64,000 nt of DNA from Macrostomum lignano (GCA_002269645.1 NIVC01000250.1:1-64000); one strand, 5' to 3'; positions 37,677 to 51,207 are shown, counted from the first letter of the stretch. Numbers and translations: made by a program. The notes: generated by a model from the letters alone, not told the origin.

Positions 37677-39011
37677 GACGGTCTCTGACTGTTTTTACCC
37701 TGGCTGCCTCTCTGGCGGCATTTCTCGGGTTGTGCGCAATCCAATCTCGGGTTGTGCGCAATCCAATCTCGGGTTGTGCGCAATCCAATCTCGGGTTGTG
37801 CGCAATCCAATCTCGGGTTGTGCGCAATCCAATCTCGGGTTGTGCGCAATCCAATCTCGGGTTGTGCGCAATCCAATCTCGGGTTGTGCGCAATCCAATC
37901 TCGGGTTGTGCGCTCTCGCTAGCCCAATTTTCTAAGGGTCCGCCCCGGGGGCTGTGCCTATTCTAAAATTACCCTATTGATTTCATTCCAATCAATTTGG
38001 CCCTCGGCCTTGGGTTAGGGGGTGTACCTGGAGTGAGTTGGAGATCTGGACTGCAGTGTGGCTAGAACGGGACTTGAGCCCCCCGGTCGCACCCGCCCTG
38101 CAGGAAAGACGACCATTCACAAAGGTGTACGGTAGAGCCCAGTCGATGCCAGCCCTGAGGCTGGCCCCGGGTTAGGGTTCAGGTGCTCCTCCCATTCTGC
38201 CATTTCTTTGTGTTTTTATCTGGGCTGGCATCCCAGTGTTTTTGTTCCTTTGTGTTTTACCCGGCCATTAGTTTGCCATTCCAATTCTTGGAGTTATGAG
38301 CTCTGCCCTACCTGCCCGGTCCATCTTTCTTGCCTGCCTTGGTCCATCTGCTGGCTCCTCTGGTTGTCTCCCTGCCTATTGTGTCTCGGCTCTCATCTCT
38401 GACAGTGGATTGGAGTCCTGGGTTGGATGTTCGTCCCGAATCGGGGAAAACCGGCTGAGTCCGGTTTCCTCTTGCCCCTTGTGCCCCTCAGCTCCGCCCC
38501 CTTGGCCTGGCCTCCAATATACATGTAGAGCTGGATAGGTGATACCCTTGTGGCTTGCAGCCCTGTAGGTAGTCGCTATATCCTGCCTGATAGGAGACTC
38601 GCCCTCGGAAACAAGCCTTCCAGACTCACTCCAATATTAAGCCATTTCCGAGACTTCGGGGTTTCCCCGCTCTCGGACCGCTTCTCAGTAGTAACCCAAG
38701 CATTTTTCATTCCAATTCTTTTTTGGCGCACTCCTGGGATTTGTCTGCTGGGTGGTGGCCTGGGTGGACTCGGTCCTTGCACGGTCCCATATGATTCCAC
38801 AAATATTGGGTTGGCGGTGTCTTAGTCCATAAGGCTTGGGTTAGTAGCTCCAATGCTCCATGCTCTCCCCAGAGTCCTGAGCTCTGGTTCCAATAGTGGC
38901 CTCTCGGGCTTAAAGCCCCTGGTAGTATAACCCACAGCAAGATCCATGCGGCAGATCGAGCCCCCTAGGGCTGATCCGCGGGCAGCGCTTCTCCTCCGTT
39001 TTAACAACAAC
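37677..39011. mobile_element. Unclassified dispersed repeat ending in TTTAACAACAAC; contains a 22-bp tandem array
   Basis: 38555-39010 is homologous to 44910-45317. Both copies encode related minus-strand peptides (MES.GTV.GPSPP.PP…RASLLSG). Confidence 0.55.
37724..37912. repeat. 22-bp repeat TCTCGGGTTGTGCGCAATCCAA (about 8.5 perfect copies)
   Basis: Direct reading. Confidence 0.96.
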
Positions 39012-39089
39012 AAAGAGAAAAATTTAGTTACTGTAGGCATATTATGTAGAAAGTGACAGAAATAATTAAAATTAATGAAAATTCTGCAT

Positions 39090-39170
39090 AAAAAATTCGG
39101 CTGTCAAGTGAGTGTCGATGGGGTATAATTCGTTTGAGTAAGTTTGTTAACCCATCGACTCCGGACCGCC
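39090..39170 (-). ncRNA. Y RNA-like gene, copy E (near-identical to C)
   Basis: Same sequence as C with one extra C in the 3' arm. Part of the 36965-37676 / 39012-39730 duplication. Confidence 0.85.
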
Positions 39171-39562
39171 TAGTTGAAATTGCGACTGAACAACTATTTA
39201 ACCTCTTCAATGCGCATCTCAATGCAATCCGGCAAATTTCTCTCGTAAATAATTCACACATACGCTATTAATCTACTCTCAGTAGAAATGATAAACTATG
39301 CCAAGCTAAAAAAATTAACTAATGAAAGTTAAATTTACAATAGAAAAATTTCTTTGAAAGCCTGCTGACTTTTATCTTTGATAAAAATTGTTAATATAAA
39401 CGAATCTATCTACGAGCTAAATTTCTAATTCTTGGATCATCTAATGTTTTTGTCTGACTATTTTAACAAATAATCCTTGCAGCGGGCACTTTTTAAAATA
39501 CTTCCTTTTCTAAAGGCCAGAAATTAAACAAAAAAAATTGAAAACTGTTTAATTTAACCGGC

Positions 39563-39636
39563 AAAAAGCTGGTCAAGTGAGTGCCAATGGGGTATTTTGA
39601 GACCAATTCAGTTAACCCATCGACTCCGGACCAGCC
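39563..39636 (-). ncRNA. Y RNA-like gene, copy F (identical to D)
   Basis: GGCUGGUCCGGAG…CACUUGACCAGC-U5 with TATA-like CTTAAATAG upstream. Confidence 0.9.
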
Positions 39637-40146
39637 CAACAGTTGGGGTGTCCGACTGCCTATTTAAGCCTGAACAATGCTGCATCGAAGTCTAAGCCTA
39701 ATTCTCTGTGCTGTATGCTTCTGTGGTGAAATTCATTGTGCAAACTCAATGAAATTAGAGTAGCACGCATTTCGTCTACTATAAGTAAAAAAATAAAAAT
39801 GTCACTTGAATTTTTTGCGTTGGTGCAATAAAATTCTTTATCTGATTCGCTCGTGATTCGCATTTGCAATTGTTCACTTACTGGTAAGTTTGGCACTTGT
39901 TATAAATTGTTTGCTTTCTGTTTTCTGACTAACCAGCATACCGTAACCGCAGGTTTTACTGCTCGTACTACGCTCGTATTAATAAGCTGCGTATTAATAA
40001 GGGGCCACTGCAAGCGGTACCAATAAGTATTTAAACATTTACTTACAATTTTATGCTTCCGGCACTAATAATTAATTATACGAATCGTAAATATTATTAC
40101 TGATACATGTACGATTAAATGAAATAAAGTACGATTAATAGTTCAT

Positions 40147-40325
40147 TAATACCCATGCTTTAAGGGCGTTAATGGGAAAATCAGAGGGTGCCTCTGAACC
40201 GCCGCCGCCGCCGCCGCCGCCGCCACCTCCGCTGACAAGCGATCAGAACGAATTTGACAACGCTAGACAGCCTGCAAACGGCGCCCTCTGATTTTCCTAT
40301 TAACGCCCTTAAAGCAAGGGTATTA
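40147..40325. mobile_element. Small MITE-like inverted repeat (about 46-bp arms around a GCC run)
   Basis: TAATACCCATGCTTTAAGGGCGTTAATGGGAAAATCAGAGGG is mirrored at 40280-40325 with few mismatches. Confidence 0.65.
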
Positions 40326-40669
40326 CTATTATTGCGCCATAGACATTTGTGTCCTTGACAAAGTGGGACAGAATAATCGGGCGTTAAATGTCATTAACTG
40401 CCCACTAATTTGCATTATAGTAAGTTTGACATAGACAATCGGGCGTTAAATGTCATTGTACCATGACCTTTGTGCCCGCTGGGCACTTATTCTTGCCTTT
40501 TAATGCCATAGACTACATTTAAGCCCGCTTGCAGGAGTCAAACTTACTTTAATGCAAATTAGCGGGCAGTTAATGTACTATTAACTGCCCACTAATTTCG
40601 ATATTTCTTTCCTGCAAGCGGGAGTAGCAGACGAGACCGAGACGCTGCCGGGGATGCAATCTTGCTTAC

Positions 40670-40862
40670 CCGCTGCCAGCAGTTTTTGTACCTCGGCGGC
40701 CTCGTGCCGGACGTCGCCGACTATCTGGTGAGACGACGCGGGGACTGGCCTGGGCCGCGTTTCGTTCTGTGCGCTCCGTGCTCCATTCTGAAGCCCTGGA
40801 TGATGGGCTCAGGGCACGGCTGTTTCAGGCAGTCGTTGAGACTGTCTTGTTGTACAACGCCA
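40670..40862 (+). mobile_element. RTE-like LINE reverse-transcriptase fragment
   Basis: QQFLYLGG…RRRG..AWAAF…RARLFQAVVETVLLYNA resembles the F.YLG…R…AW.AF…LF…V..VLLY region of non-LTR RTs. Frameshifted. Confidence 0.65.
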
Positions 40863-40877
40863 AGACCAACCCTAATA

Positions 40878-41192
40878 CGTACAGTATTAGAATTTGTAGT
40901 AAATTTGCACTTTTTTCTACTCAGTGGCGATAACTGCATGTTTTATACGAGTTAGTAGTATGGGTTTTAGCATAGTGCACTAGCTCTACAGACAGGCTTT
41001 GATGTAATAAAAATAATCTTACCACTAAAATGCACACGTCATGCTCCTATCATCTACTTCAAGTAGAAATAAACATTTTTCATTCCATAGTGCACTATGC
41101 TAAAACCCATACTACTAACTCGTATAAAACATGCAGTTATCGCCACTGAGTAGAAAAAAGTGCAAATTTACTACAAATTCTAATACTGTACG
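40878..41192. repeat. 105-bp perfect inverted repeat enclosing a 105-bp copy of the copy-G upstream promoter
   Basis: 40878-40982 is the reverse complement of 41088-41192. The core 40983-41087 matches 41391-41495. Confidence 0.88.
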
Positions 41193-41253
41193 CACATCTA
41201 CATGTACGTAGAAGACAGTGACCAGGATTTAAAATTAATGAAGATTCTGCATT

Positions 41254-41356
41254 AAAAATTTGGCAGTCAAGTTAGTGCCGATGGCCGTATTTCATGCCTA
41301 TCTATCTATCTATCTATCATGAGTAAGTTTTGTTAAGCCATCGACTCCGGACCGCC
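41254..41356 (-). ncRNA. Y RNA-like gene, copy G (GAUA repeat in loop)
   Basis: GGCGGUCCGGAGUCGAUGGCUUAAC…GGCCAUCGGCACUAACUUGACUGCCAAA-U5. GGCGGUC/GACUGCC lower stem is fully paired. TATA-like box at 41383-41391. Confidence 0.82.
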
Positions 41357-42775
41357 TTGCTTGAGCTTTGGCGTCTGAACTGCTATTTAAGCTCTACAGA
41401 CAGGCTTTGATGCAATGAAAAGAATCTTACCACTAAAATGCACACATCATGCTCCTATCATCTACTTCAAGTAGAAATACACATTTTTCATTCCAGATTT
41501 CGCAGAAAAACTACATTTAGAAACTATACTTGGCGTCTGAATAATTCTGATCAGATGCAATCTGAAATTTATAAAAGTGATGTAACCACGTCTTGGTCGC
41601 GGGATGAATTGGGGAAATTTTTCGAAATGTCCCCGATCCCCTTTGACCGAATGGGCAGAGCTGTCGAGACTGGGCCGGGTCTCCCTGAACTCCCGCTCTG
41701 ATTGCGACCCCTGCTGTCTCTGTTCCGTCTCCCACGCAGCCACACTTGCCTTTCTGGAGCCCCCCTTTTTTGTGCACCTCGCCTGCTCCCGCATTTCTCA
41801 TGCGCCTCAGACCATTTATCATGTATTTCTCGTGTTTTTCCCGTCTTTTTATCATGTTCTTGCACGGTTTTCTTGCGCTGTCCCCTCCTCGTCCCGTGCC
41901 TACTTAGAATATCGCTTGTGCAGATCGTCACCCCATCTCCCTTTAGGATCCCAAATGGTGACGCAAGGCTCCTGACCCCTCCCTCACCCCGATGACTCAT
42001 CACCCACCTCTTGCGCAACCTTTCTCATGCTATTGATCACTTCCCAAGATTTCTCATGTGACAGCCTCCCCTCCTCCGCTTCCATTTTTCTTGTTTTTGA
42101 TTTTTTTGTTCTTCTTTTCGCACCTAATTAGCACCTTTTTTCTCAATGTTTGCTTTTCCATTTTTCTCGATTCTCCCCAATTATCCTCGATTTCCATTTC
42201 CTTTATTCTCGATCTGATTCCCATTGTTCTCAATGTTGCTTGCGCAACACTTCTTCGACCTCCCGCTGGGCTTATTTTCCCATCAATCCCCGTCCGGATT
42301 GCGCATGTTTCCCATTTCTCATGTTGCTATGCCGTTCTTATATTTCTCATAATGACTCATTCTGACGTCATCTTCCCGGCGGCCAATCAGAGTAAGGGAG
42401 TCATGGAAACGACCTTGGAGTATTTAGAGGACTATTTAAGGAAGTGATTTCGGCGTGACAACCTGCAAAGTTTTGGCCTTTGGTCTTCTGCAAGACCTTC
42501 GCCCAGCTTGGCTTCTCGTTCTATCTTTGGACTTGCCGTCGTCAGACGCCGGTCTGAACCCCCCCCATTCGTCTATAGGACGAACCTCTGCCAGCCCGCG
42601 GTCTGATACCGCCTAGATTCCTCAGCTCCCCAAGCGAGCTTATCTACCGGCCCGCGGTCCGATACCGCCCAGCATCCTCAGCATCGCCTGAGCTACATCA
42701 GTGCCTCGTCGCTTCAGCGCATCGCCGCTTCACTACCTGCCTGTCCGCAGCCAACAGCCGCCCTCGGTCACTCCA

Positions 42776-43001
<226 letters not shown>

Positions 43002-44160
43002 CAGCTGCCGTTGAGTTCCTGTACTGATTTTTGCTCTAATTGCCTTTGCTTATCCGGGGTCGGCTTATTTCCCATTGCTTGATTAGAGAGCTGAGCCAAT
43101 TATGTACCTTGCTGTATTTTACTCACTAGTGAAGCCGCCTAATTGCCTGTTAATTTCGCCTAAGGGCCTAATTATAAACAATTACTAAAACAACTCATTT
43201 TTCACACCTTCACCATCATTTCACCCATGGCTTGCTGAGCCTTTCTCCCTGGGTGGCAAAGCATAAGGAAGTTTGGGTAAGCTAATGGCATCTCCCCGTG
43301 CAAAGCCCGCCTGTGTGTGCGTGCTGCGGGTCCGTGTGTGCGTGCAGTAGAGGTAATTAGCGTGTCTTGGCACAGAATGGCAGCAGGAAGGTTGCAACAC
43401 CCTGCTCACGCGTCCCTTCGCCCTGAGCAATCTAAACTATAGCTGGTACATGTTCATCTCGCACTACTCTTAATAATTGAAGCCGCAAGTCCGCCTCGCT
43501 CACAGCCTCAAAGGATCTCCTGCTGAGAAATCCTCCAGATTGATCCCAGAGTTCCCGAGTATGCCCCAAGCAGAGTCCCTGTACTCGGCTGCATGTGTCT
43601 CCCCTGTTAGCCTAAACCCCCTGGTAACCAATCCAGGCGGGGCTCTAGCCTCGAAAGGTCTGGTCGTAAGATCCAGGTGCGCCAGTTCACATAGAGTGGT
43701 GGCAGCCATTCGGTCATGCCATGACCGAGTGACCAACTATTGCACCTTGGCTACAGGTGGGGTCCATGTGGGTCCTTGGCCCTCTGGTCACAAAGCGCTA
43801 CCAAAGCTATCAATCATGTGGGCGGGACAGTCTGGTGCTGGAGGTCCGTCAGGTCATTGCCCGGTCATAGGCAGCCTACGGTCATTGCCCCCTATGGTCA
43901 TACGCCCCCCTTCCCGTGGAGCAGACGGTCATCAAGGGCAGTTACATCAAAAGGCCAACATCATATTTTATTTCTCATAAACTGCTTCATAATTATTACA
44001 GTAAATAATTCTACTGTAACAATTCCACTATAAAGCATAAACTAATTTTACTTTCACTAAAATGAAACAATGCAAATTTAAGTTACTAAAAATCTTTATT
44101 AATGTTAGACAAATTATGTAAACAGTGATAGCAATTTTAAGCTCAATGAAAATTCTGAAT

Positions 44161-44251
44161 AAAAATTTCGGCTGTCAATTTCAAGTGTCGATGGGATGGA
44201 ATTCATGGCTGTGTAAGCTCGTTATAGCTAACCCTTCGACTCCGGACCGCC
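44161..44251 (-). ncRNA. Y RNA-like gene, copy H (shortened promoter spacing)
   Basis: GGCGGUCCGGAGUCGAAGGGUUAGC…UCCCAUCGACACUUGAAAUUGACAGCCGAAA-U5. TATA remnant only about 13 nt upstream. Confidence 0.7.
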
Positions 44252-44568
44252 GAACTGCAACTGCTGTTTAAACTCCTCAATGCGCAGCTCATGCAATCCG
44301 GCCAATTTCTCCAATAAATAATTCTACACATACGCTATTAATTTACTTACAGTAGAAAATGGCAAACTATGCGTAGAACATTTTGAAAGAATGTAACATT
44401 GAAAAAATTAACTAAAAATTGTTTGAAAATCTGCTGGTCAGTGTTGGACTTTTGATCTTGTCAAGGATCAAGTAGTCCTTGTCATTCACCTATTCATGTA
44501 CATTTACATGTTGAATTCTCGTTTCCTAAAGCCCAGAAATATTTGAAAACTTTTGGATTAAAGCCAGC

Positions 44569-44643
44569 AAAAAAGCTGGTCAAGTGAGTGCCAATGGGGT
44601 ATTTTGAGAGCAATTCAGTTAACCCATCGACTCCGGACCAGCC
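44569..44643 (-). ncRNA. Y RNA-like gene, copy I (GGCUGGUCCG type; 1 loop substitution vs D)
   Basis: GGCUGGUCCGGAGUCGAUGGGUUAACUGAAUUGCUCUCAAAAUACCCCAUUGGCACUCACUUGACCAGC-U6. TATA-like box at about 44667-44675. Confidence 0.9.
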
Positions 44644-44843
44644 CGGCAGTTGGGGTGTCCGACTGCCTATTTAAGCCTGAACAATGCTGCAAGCTAAGCC
44701 TAGCTAATTCGCTGCGCTGTACGCTTTTGTGGCGAAATTCATCGTGCGGATTCTATATAAAATTGGAGTAGCGCACATTTCGTCTACTTTAAGTAGGAAA
44801 ATAGAAATGTCGATTGGATTTTTTTCGTTTGTGCAATAAAATT

Positions 44844-45317
44844 GAGAAGTCACAGCTTACGGGGGGCATTTCGACTGCACTTTAACTCTCTGGATAGCGA
44901 AAAAGCCTTGAGGCTTGCAGCCCTATAGGAGGCCTAGCCAGTTCCACTCCTGATAGGAGACTCGACCTTGGTAAATTAAGCTGCCCAGACTCGCTCCAAT
45001 CTAAAGCATTCTTTTCGTAGACTTCAGGTTTTCCCGCTCTCGGACCGCTTTCCACTCGGAATTTTTGGCGCACACTCGGGACTTTGTCGCTGGTGGGTGG
45101 CTTGGGTGGACTCGGTCCTAGCACCGTCCCTGATTCCAACTATGGGTTGGCGATGTCTTACTCCATAGGCTTGGGTTAGTAGCATCCAATAAGGCACTCT
45201 CTCCAGGCCTTGAGTCCTGGACCCAATCTGGGCTGCTCGGGCTAAATGCCCCTGGTAGATAGGCCCTGTAAGCTAGCGGTAGAGCACTTCTCTGGGCTCA
45301 TTGTTTAACAACAACAA
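44844..45317. mobile_element. Second, diverged copy of the same unclassified repeat
   Basis: Shares GCTTGCAGCCCT…CCTGATAGGAGACTCG…CTCTCGGACCGCTT…GGGTGGACTCGGTCCT…GGCTTGGGTTAGTAGC…TTTAACAACAAC with 38555-39010. Confidence 0.55.
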
Positions 45318-45329
45318 TGCTCGATAGCT

Positions 45330-46440
45330 TGGCTATGCGACCGCAACGGGCGGACTCCAGAAGCGCCCAGCTCATAGCCTAGAAAGTTAACCTCATCCTT
45401 GCATGGTGCCAGGTGCACTTGACTGTGTTGATGGTCACGTTATGCGTCATCAAAACTTGTAGCACTTTGATCGGTGCTAATTGTCATGCTCTTCCCATGA
45501 TGCCGCGTGCGCCAAAATGTTGCCAATAGCGTGCACTGCGCTCTTGATGCCATTGAGGATCCGAGGCCGAAGCACATCCTTCGATATCGAGATATGGCCT
45601 CGCTCTGTCACTATACAAAGCTGTCAGATTTCTGCAGTTCTCGGTCAGCTCCAGCTGCATGACAAATTCAGGTTCTAACTTGACCTTTTCTGTATGATGC
45701 TCTTGTTTGAGACTCTCAGATCATTGCAGATCCGTATCGAGTCATTTGCCTTTTTGGCACCACGACTAGCTAGGTTTGACACCCAGTTTGAGGCGTCGGT
45801 CTCCTGGATGATGCCTTGCTGCAGCAGATGTTGATCCTCTTTTTGAACCGAATCTCTTAGGCTGGGCGGCACTGTGCGCAACGGTTGAGCTGTCGGTTGC
45901 ACCGCGGGGTTGACTTGCGGCCTGTGCTGAAATCCTGTGATGTGTCCGAGTTCCTGGGTAAACTGGTCAAACCGGCTTGGGAGCCATTCAGTCAGGACTC
46001 TCGTGCCGACTGTCTGCACTCGCTCACCGTCAGCGACGATCCGCAGTCTCAGCTGATCCATGAGGTCGCACCCCAGTATGTCGGATCCTGTCGTGACCAC
46101 GCTTATGTTGACGCAAGGCAACCGGCCCCTTGTCCTTGAGCTGCACCGAGGTCAGGATTCACGAAGCATGCAGATTTTGCTGCCGTTGAAAGCGACCAGC
46201 TTCCATAGATGTCTACAGGGACACGTTGGTCAGAATTCTGTTATATCTTGGTGATGATAGAGACTCGCGAACCGGAGTCAAAGAGCAGCTTGACAGGTTG
46301 GTCCGCCACAATGCACCTGCACCACTGATCGAGCCGCAGTTGTCGCAGCTCCGGCCGTCAGTTTCCCCCGCTCCGCTGTTCTTGGCCTTGCTGAACTGCT
46401 GGACTCCAAATGAGCTGCTTGGGTCTGCGTGGCTACCTCC
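45330..46440 (-). mobile_element. Degenerate Ty3/Gypsy pol fragment (aspartic protease + RT)
   Basis: VADQPVKLLFDSGSRVSII (protease D-S-G motif) at about 46250-46310. PTAQPLRTVPPSLRDSVQKE…LLQQGIIQETDASNWVS…KKANDSIRICND is the Gypsy RT start. Stops and frameshifts present. Confidence 0.82.
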
Positions 46441-49400
46441 TTCGATGGCTTGGGCCTGAGGTAGTCCAGTGTCCAGTCGCTCGCTCCACAGTCAGCTCAA
46501 GGACCACTAGGAACACTCGGGTCTAATTATAGTCCTTGGGTCAGCTCCGACCCCATTAGGTGTTGTTTGAGAAGGGTACGCAATAAAAATCTATCACACA
46601 GAACTTCATCATGTACGGCCTCCAAAATGCCGCTTGTTTTAACTTAAACATTAAAATTGCCATAGTGAATATTCATGTACACCCCTGGCCAGCATGAGCC
46701 ACCATGAGCGAGTGCAGGTTGTATTTAAGCTTGACAATGTCATCCTAACATGTACATGTACATAGCAAGAACATCTTGGTATATAGCAAGAAGTCTGGTA
46801 TATAGCCGTCTCTGATTAGATGTGTAGTTAAAATGTACAGGTTGCGACCAAATAGTGTAGTAGTCGACGCGAGGCCAGTAGAATTTAAGACGCGAGGCCA
46901 GTACATGTAACCTAGCTGCTAAAAGCTGTGCGCAGACCTCGAATACCGGTACACGCACTACACTACTGCACCCCGGAGGGTCAAACGCATTTTTTCTATT
47001 GTGTTTAATAATGATACGCTCGTAATTACCAGCTGTGACTTCAAGCCCCATCCGAGGTCATTCATGTGAGGCTGTACTGTAGTTTTGGAATTTGTTGGCA
47101 TTATATTGGTGCATTGCCGTTCAAAAAGCGACAGGGGCTCTTCATGGGATACATGCATGTAGTCCACTCATAATTTCTGTGTACAGCGTGTACGTACATG
47201 CGTGGATGCATTATATAACATGTACCCTTTTTTTAGCTTGAAGGCGATCTGCTGTTTCAGCAGTTGTCAAATTTGGGGCCACAGAGCTTTCGACCAATTT
47301 TCATCTTCCTGCAGTGGCTCCAGACCCCAACGAAATTTTTTTAAACAGTTCTAAAGCGGTTAGTTATCAAAGTTGAAGTACTGCTGCTGTGTAAGGCTTT
47401 TCAAAGTCCTTCCGGCGGATTCTGCGAATACATTAGACCATATTACAGACGTAGAAAACCATCGCATTACATTGGGTGCAGTGATGAGATGAATACTGGA
47501 GACCTGTGTTATATGTACATGAAGGCTCTGCGCAGGCATGTAGCTAAAAAGCAAAATGTCGAGGCAGGTTAATTGCGAAGCATGCAGCCATAATAATTTA
47601 TTCAGTGTTTAAGATAATAAATACATTTATATCTTTACATAAGTTTATATCTTGTGCAATCAGAAAGGCACGATTTTATTCATGAGCTTTTGATTTTGAT
47701 TTTGACGCGCTCAATGTCCCTCGTTTCTAATCATTTTAAAATATCTTCTTTTATATTTTCGCGCTGAACTTATGGGGGCTATATTTGTAGTTTTAACTTC
47801 TGAACTATTTGCATGCAGGAGGCCTATGCAGATGCATAAGAATTTACGCCTAGATATTAGTTTGTGAAAATTGCGACAAGAGGGGTATTAAAACTTAAAA
47901 TATTATTTTAATTTTTAAGCCAGTTCAAGGCACTAATTCAAAAAGGTAAAACTTGCTAGAGATCGAGCTAGAGATCGAAACTAAAATTTACTTGTTTCTG
48001 ACAGATTTTATAGTCATTGCTTTAATGTTATCTGCATTATATATAAAAAATAAGAAATAAATAGCGCCTGAATCTATCCTACTTCGTTTTTGCTAAGAGC
48101 TATTTGAATCATTTGACTAAAACCGCGCGTCAAAGTATTCTACGTTTGATCTAAAACGCAAATGGGAAGAAGCTACAGAGTAAGTAAAAAAAGATTAAAC
48201 ACATGCTACTTACGCAAAAACTATGTTTGCTTATCGTTTTTTAATTTTAATCTGTAAACTTTCCATCTTTGTAAACCAATATTTATGCAGAGTTTAGACT
48301 AGCTAGAGGGATTATTTATTTAGAAGACATAAGGCTAAGAGCCTAAGGCTGGGTAGGCTTAGCTCCTAGAGCTTGAACTTAAATCTCTCTATCTTAGATT
48401 TGTATTTGTAGTAGGAAGTTCTAAACTTTGAATTATTTAAATCATTTTTCCTACAAGTGCTAATTTGGCCATTCAATATGTTTAACTCAGCTATGTTGAG
48501 CTATTATTGATTTAGATTAAATAACTTTCTCTTTGCTTTCGCCTTACTATAGGATAGGCCCTAATTAGTATTACTTAGCATGCATATGAAATCAGCCTAT
48601 GTTTTAATTTATTTTAGATAATATTTAGTTGCTTTTTTAAATGAAAAAATGTCATCATATCTAACTTATTTTCACATTCTCAAATCTGTTAGGCTTATAT
48701 GGTACTGTACCTAGGAAACATAGACAGACTATACATAGGAAAAAGTGACCCCTTCATTATATTTTCAAGTTTATGCAAGCAAAACATATTTACTCATTAT
48801 TTATATGCCAGACATTATTGGAAGAGGTTGCAACAATAAAAGACCTTTTTTGCATTGCAACACAAGGAACCTTTCTTGCATTAGGCCCTATAGACATGCC
48901 CAATCTCAAAATTTCACCTATCTATTGCAACTTAGTTTTGTCCAGATTTGTGACTTAGTTCCCCCAATTGCAACTGAATTTTCACTTTATATGACTTTTC
49001 TTGCCTTTTTCTCTTTTTTCTCTTTCTCTTTTTCTCCTCTTTCCCCTCTCTCTTTTTTCTCTCTGTGACAGGCCTTTTGGCTCTGTCTTTCTAAACTTCT
49101 AACTATTAGTGTTTATTAAATATCCTACGAGCTGCCACCAAAGTTGTTACAGGCCTTTCACCTCTTACTTTATCAATTTTAATCCCACCGATTTGCCAAC
49201 TACAGTTATCCTGATTATACTTGCTTTTACTCCCTAACTATTTCTTAGAATTTCATTTAAATATTTCTGGGTAGCGTTCTTAGTAGCGTTTCTGGTAGCT
49301 TATGGCTTGCTTTCTGGTAGCGTTCTAGTAGCTTATGGCCTGAGCGGTCTAGTACTGGTATATGTATTAGTGTATAGTCCTAATCGGGCGTTCACCAAGA

Positions 49401-51207
49401 CTAGAGGGTCACGGCGCCTCTCTTAGTATATCTCCAGGAATTAGTCCCAATTCCCTTCTCTTAGCAAATTTCTTAGAATCGTTTCACAGGTTTTGCAAAT
49501 GAAGAAGTCGCTATTTAGCTCAAAGACTTTGAAATGGTTTAGATTGAACTGCTTATTCTGTTCGCAATTATTTGCTCACGGGTAAAAGACAGTTAGAGTA
49601 TATTTGTCGCGAAACCACTCCTATATATAGTGATTTTCCCCACATACGATTAAAACAAAAAATAATTCTCCAATTTATTTCGCGCATTAAAACAAACTAT
49701 TATTTGGCGTTCGCGTAGATTCAGTTTCTAAGAAAGATTCGAATATACAGTTATTACATTGAAAGAACATTCGAGTATACTATGATAAAGGCATAGCACT
49801 AGTACATCTCCTTTCTTTTCCTTTTCTCTTCCTCTCCTCTCTTTCCTCCCCAAATTTTTTGTTTTTTACATTTTCAATTTTGTGACCTTACCTTGGCCGG
49901 TGGCTATTTCACCCATCCAGTTTGGATGGGTTGGACAGGTGTTGGACATGTATGTTGCATTATAACATTTTGGTCTTTTGTATGCTAACAACTATACCAT
50001 ATACTAGCTCTATGGTGCAATTTTCTGGTGGATTGTTCTGTATACTGGATATTTTATTTTATGCCAACCCCTTTTTCATGTCTATTGTATACTAGAATTT
50101 TCTAGTATAGACCTATATGTAAGATTCAAGAGTAGGGCTTTATTTTTAATTAATTTTAAATTTTAAATTTAATTTTAATGGTATTTAAAAGCTTATGAAA
50201 GCTACTAAAGAAGTAGCATATGTATGTTGCTTTTTAACAATTATTTCTAGAGGTCTAAGAATAATAAAAAGGGGTAGGTGAGGGTATATTTTTTTATCTT
50301 AAGATAAAAAAGGCATTGTTTGCCTTTTAGCTTTAAATAAATAGTGCTTAATAACTAGTCTAAAATTTTAAGTATAATGTTAGAAGATTTTTTAAAGTAG
50401 TCAGTACTTTGTCTTAGATATTCAATAAAAAAATTTTTTTAAAATCCCTATTATATAGCCAAAGGTTTTAATGCAGATAGTTATTTACACCTATAAGAAT
50501 CAAAACTATACTTTAAATTAATATATAAATTAATAAATAATAGTGTACCAAAGCTTAGTTAATGTTTATAAGAAAGAAAGAAAACAGGCTTTAAAATACT
50601 TCTTTGTATTTTATATGTATATAATAAAAATATTTTAAGAATTATTTAGTATCATTTTCAATTTTGACCACAATTTGCTAAGCCTAAGAAAGAAAAAAAT
50701 GTTTTTTTGTTTAGAAATATATTGATATCTTGCTTATACCAATATATTGGCACTCATATCTTGGCAGTTTATAACTATAATAAATTTATTATCTTACTTA
50801 AATTTTTTTTATATTCCTAAGTTTTTTACTATTTGTTCTTATTGTATCAGTAGAAGTATATAGAAGAAATATAAGGACAACTGAATTCAACTTTTTACCT
50901 GTATTAGGAAAAGTAAAGATTAGAATTTCACCCAATTTTTCTTACACCTAATACAAAAGGCATAAAGATTGTGTACTATGCATTATATAACATTTATTTA
51001 AATGATTTTTTCGTTATATAGTTATTAGTTTATAGTTATAGTTATAAGAAATTTTCTTAGCATGCATAAAAATTTCAAAATAAAGCCTATTATCAGTTTG
51101 TTCATTAAGGAAATCTCAAATTCTATCTATTATAACAGTGCTTAACACCTTGGTCTCATTTAGCCAAATTGTGACTTGTGCAACTTTGACTCACTCCATT
51201 TGCACAG

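Larger units (their letters stand above)
36965..39730. repeat. Recent segmental duplication: 36965-37676 is nearly identical to 39012-39730 (C+D unit = E+F unit); a more diverged copy lies at about 44030-44843
   Basis: Direct reading shows near-identity across about 710 bp, including intergenic DNA. Confidence 0.92.

Noticed and set aside
37675-37686. AAGACGGTCTCT, resembling part of the Macrostomum spliced leader as I recall it
   Set aside because: Only a 12-nt match, with no following leader sequence, GT donor or Sm site; compatible with chance.
46740-47572. Short ORFs (…RLKFYWPRV…; …FCEYIRPYYRRRK…) as Gypsy integrase or as the missing CDYL first exon
   Set aside because: Only a few residues of resemblance, wrong position or phase for CDYL, and no supporting motifs.
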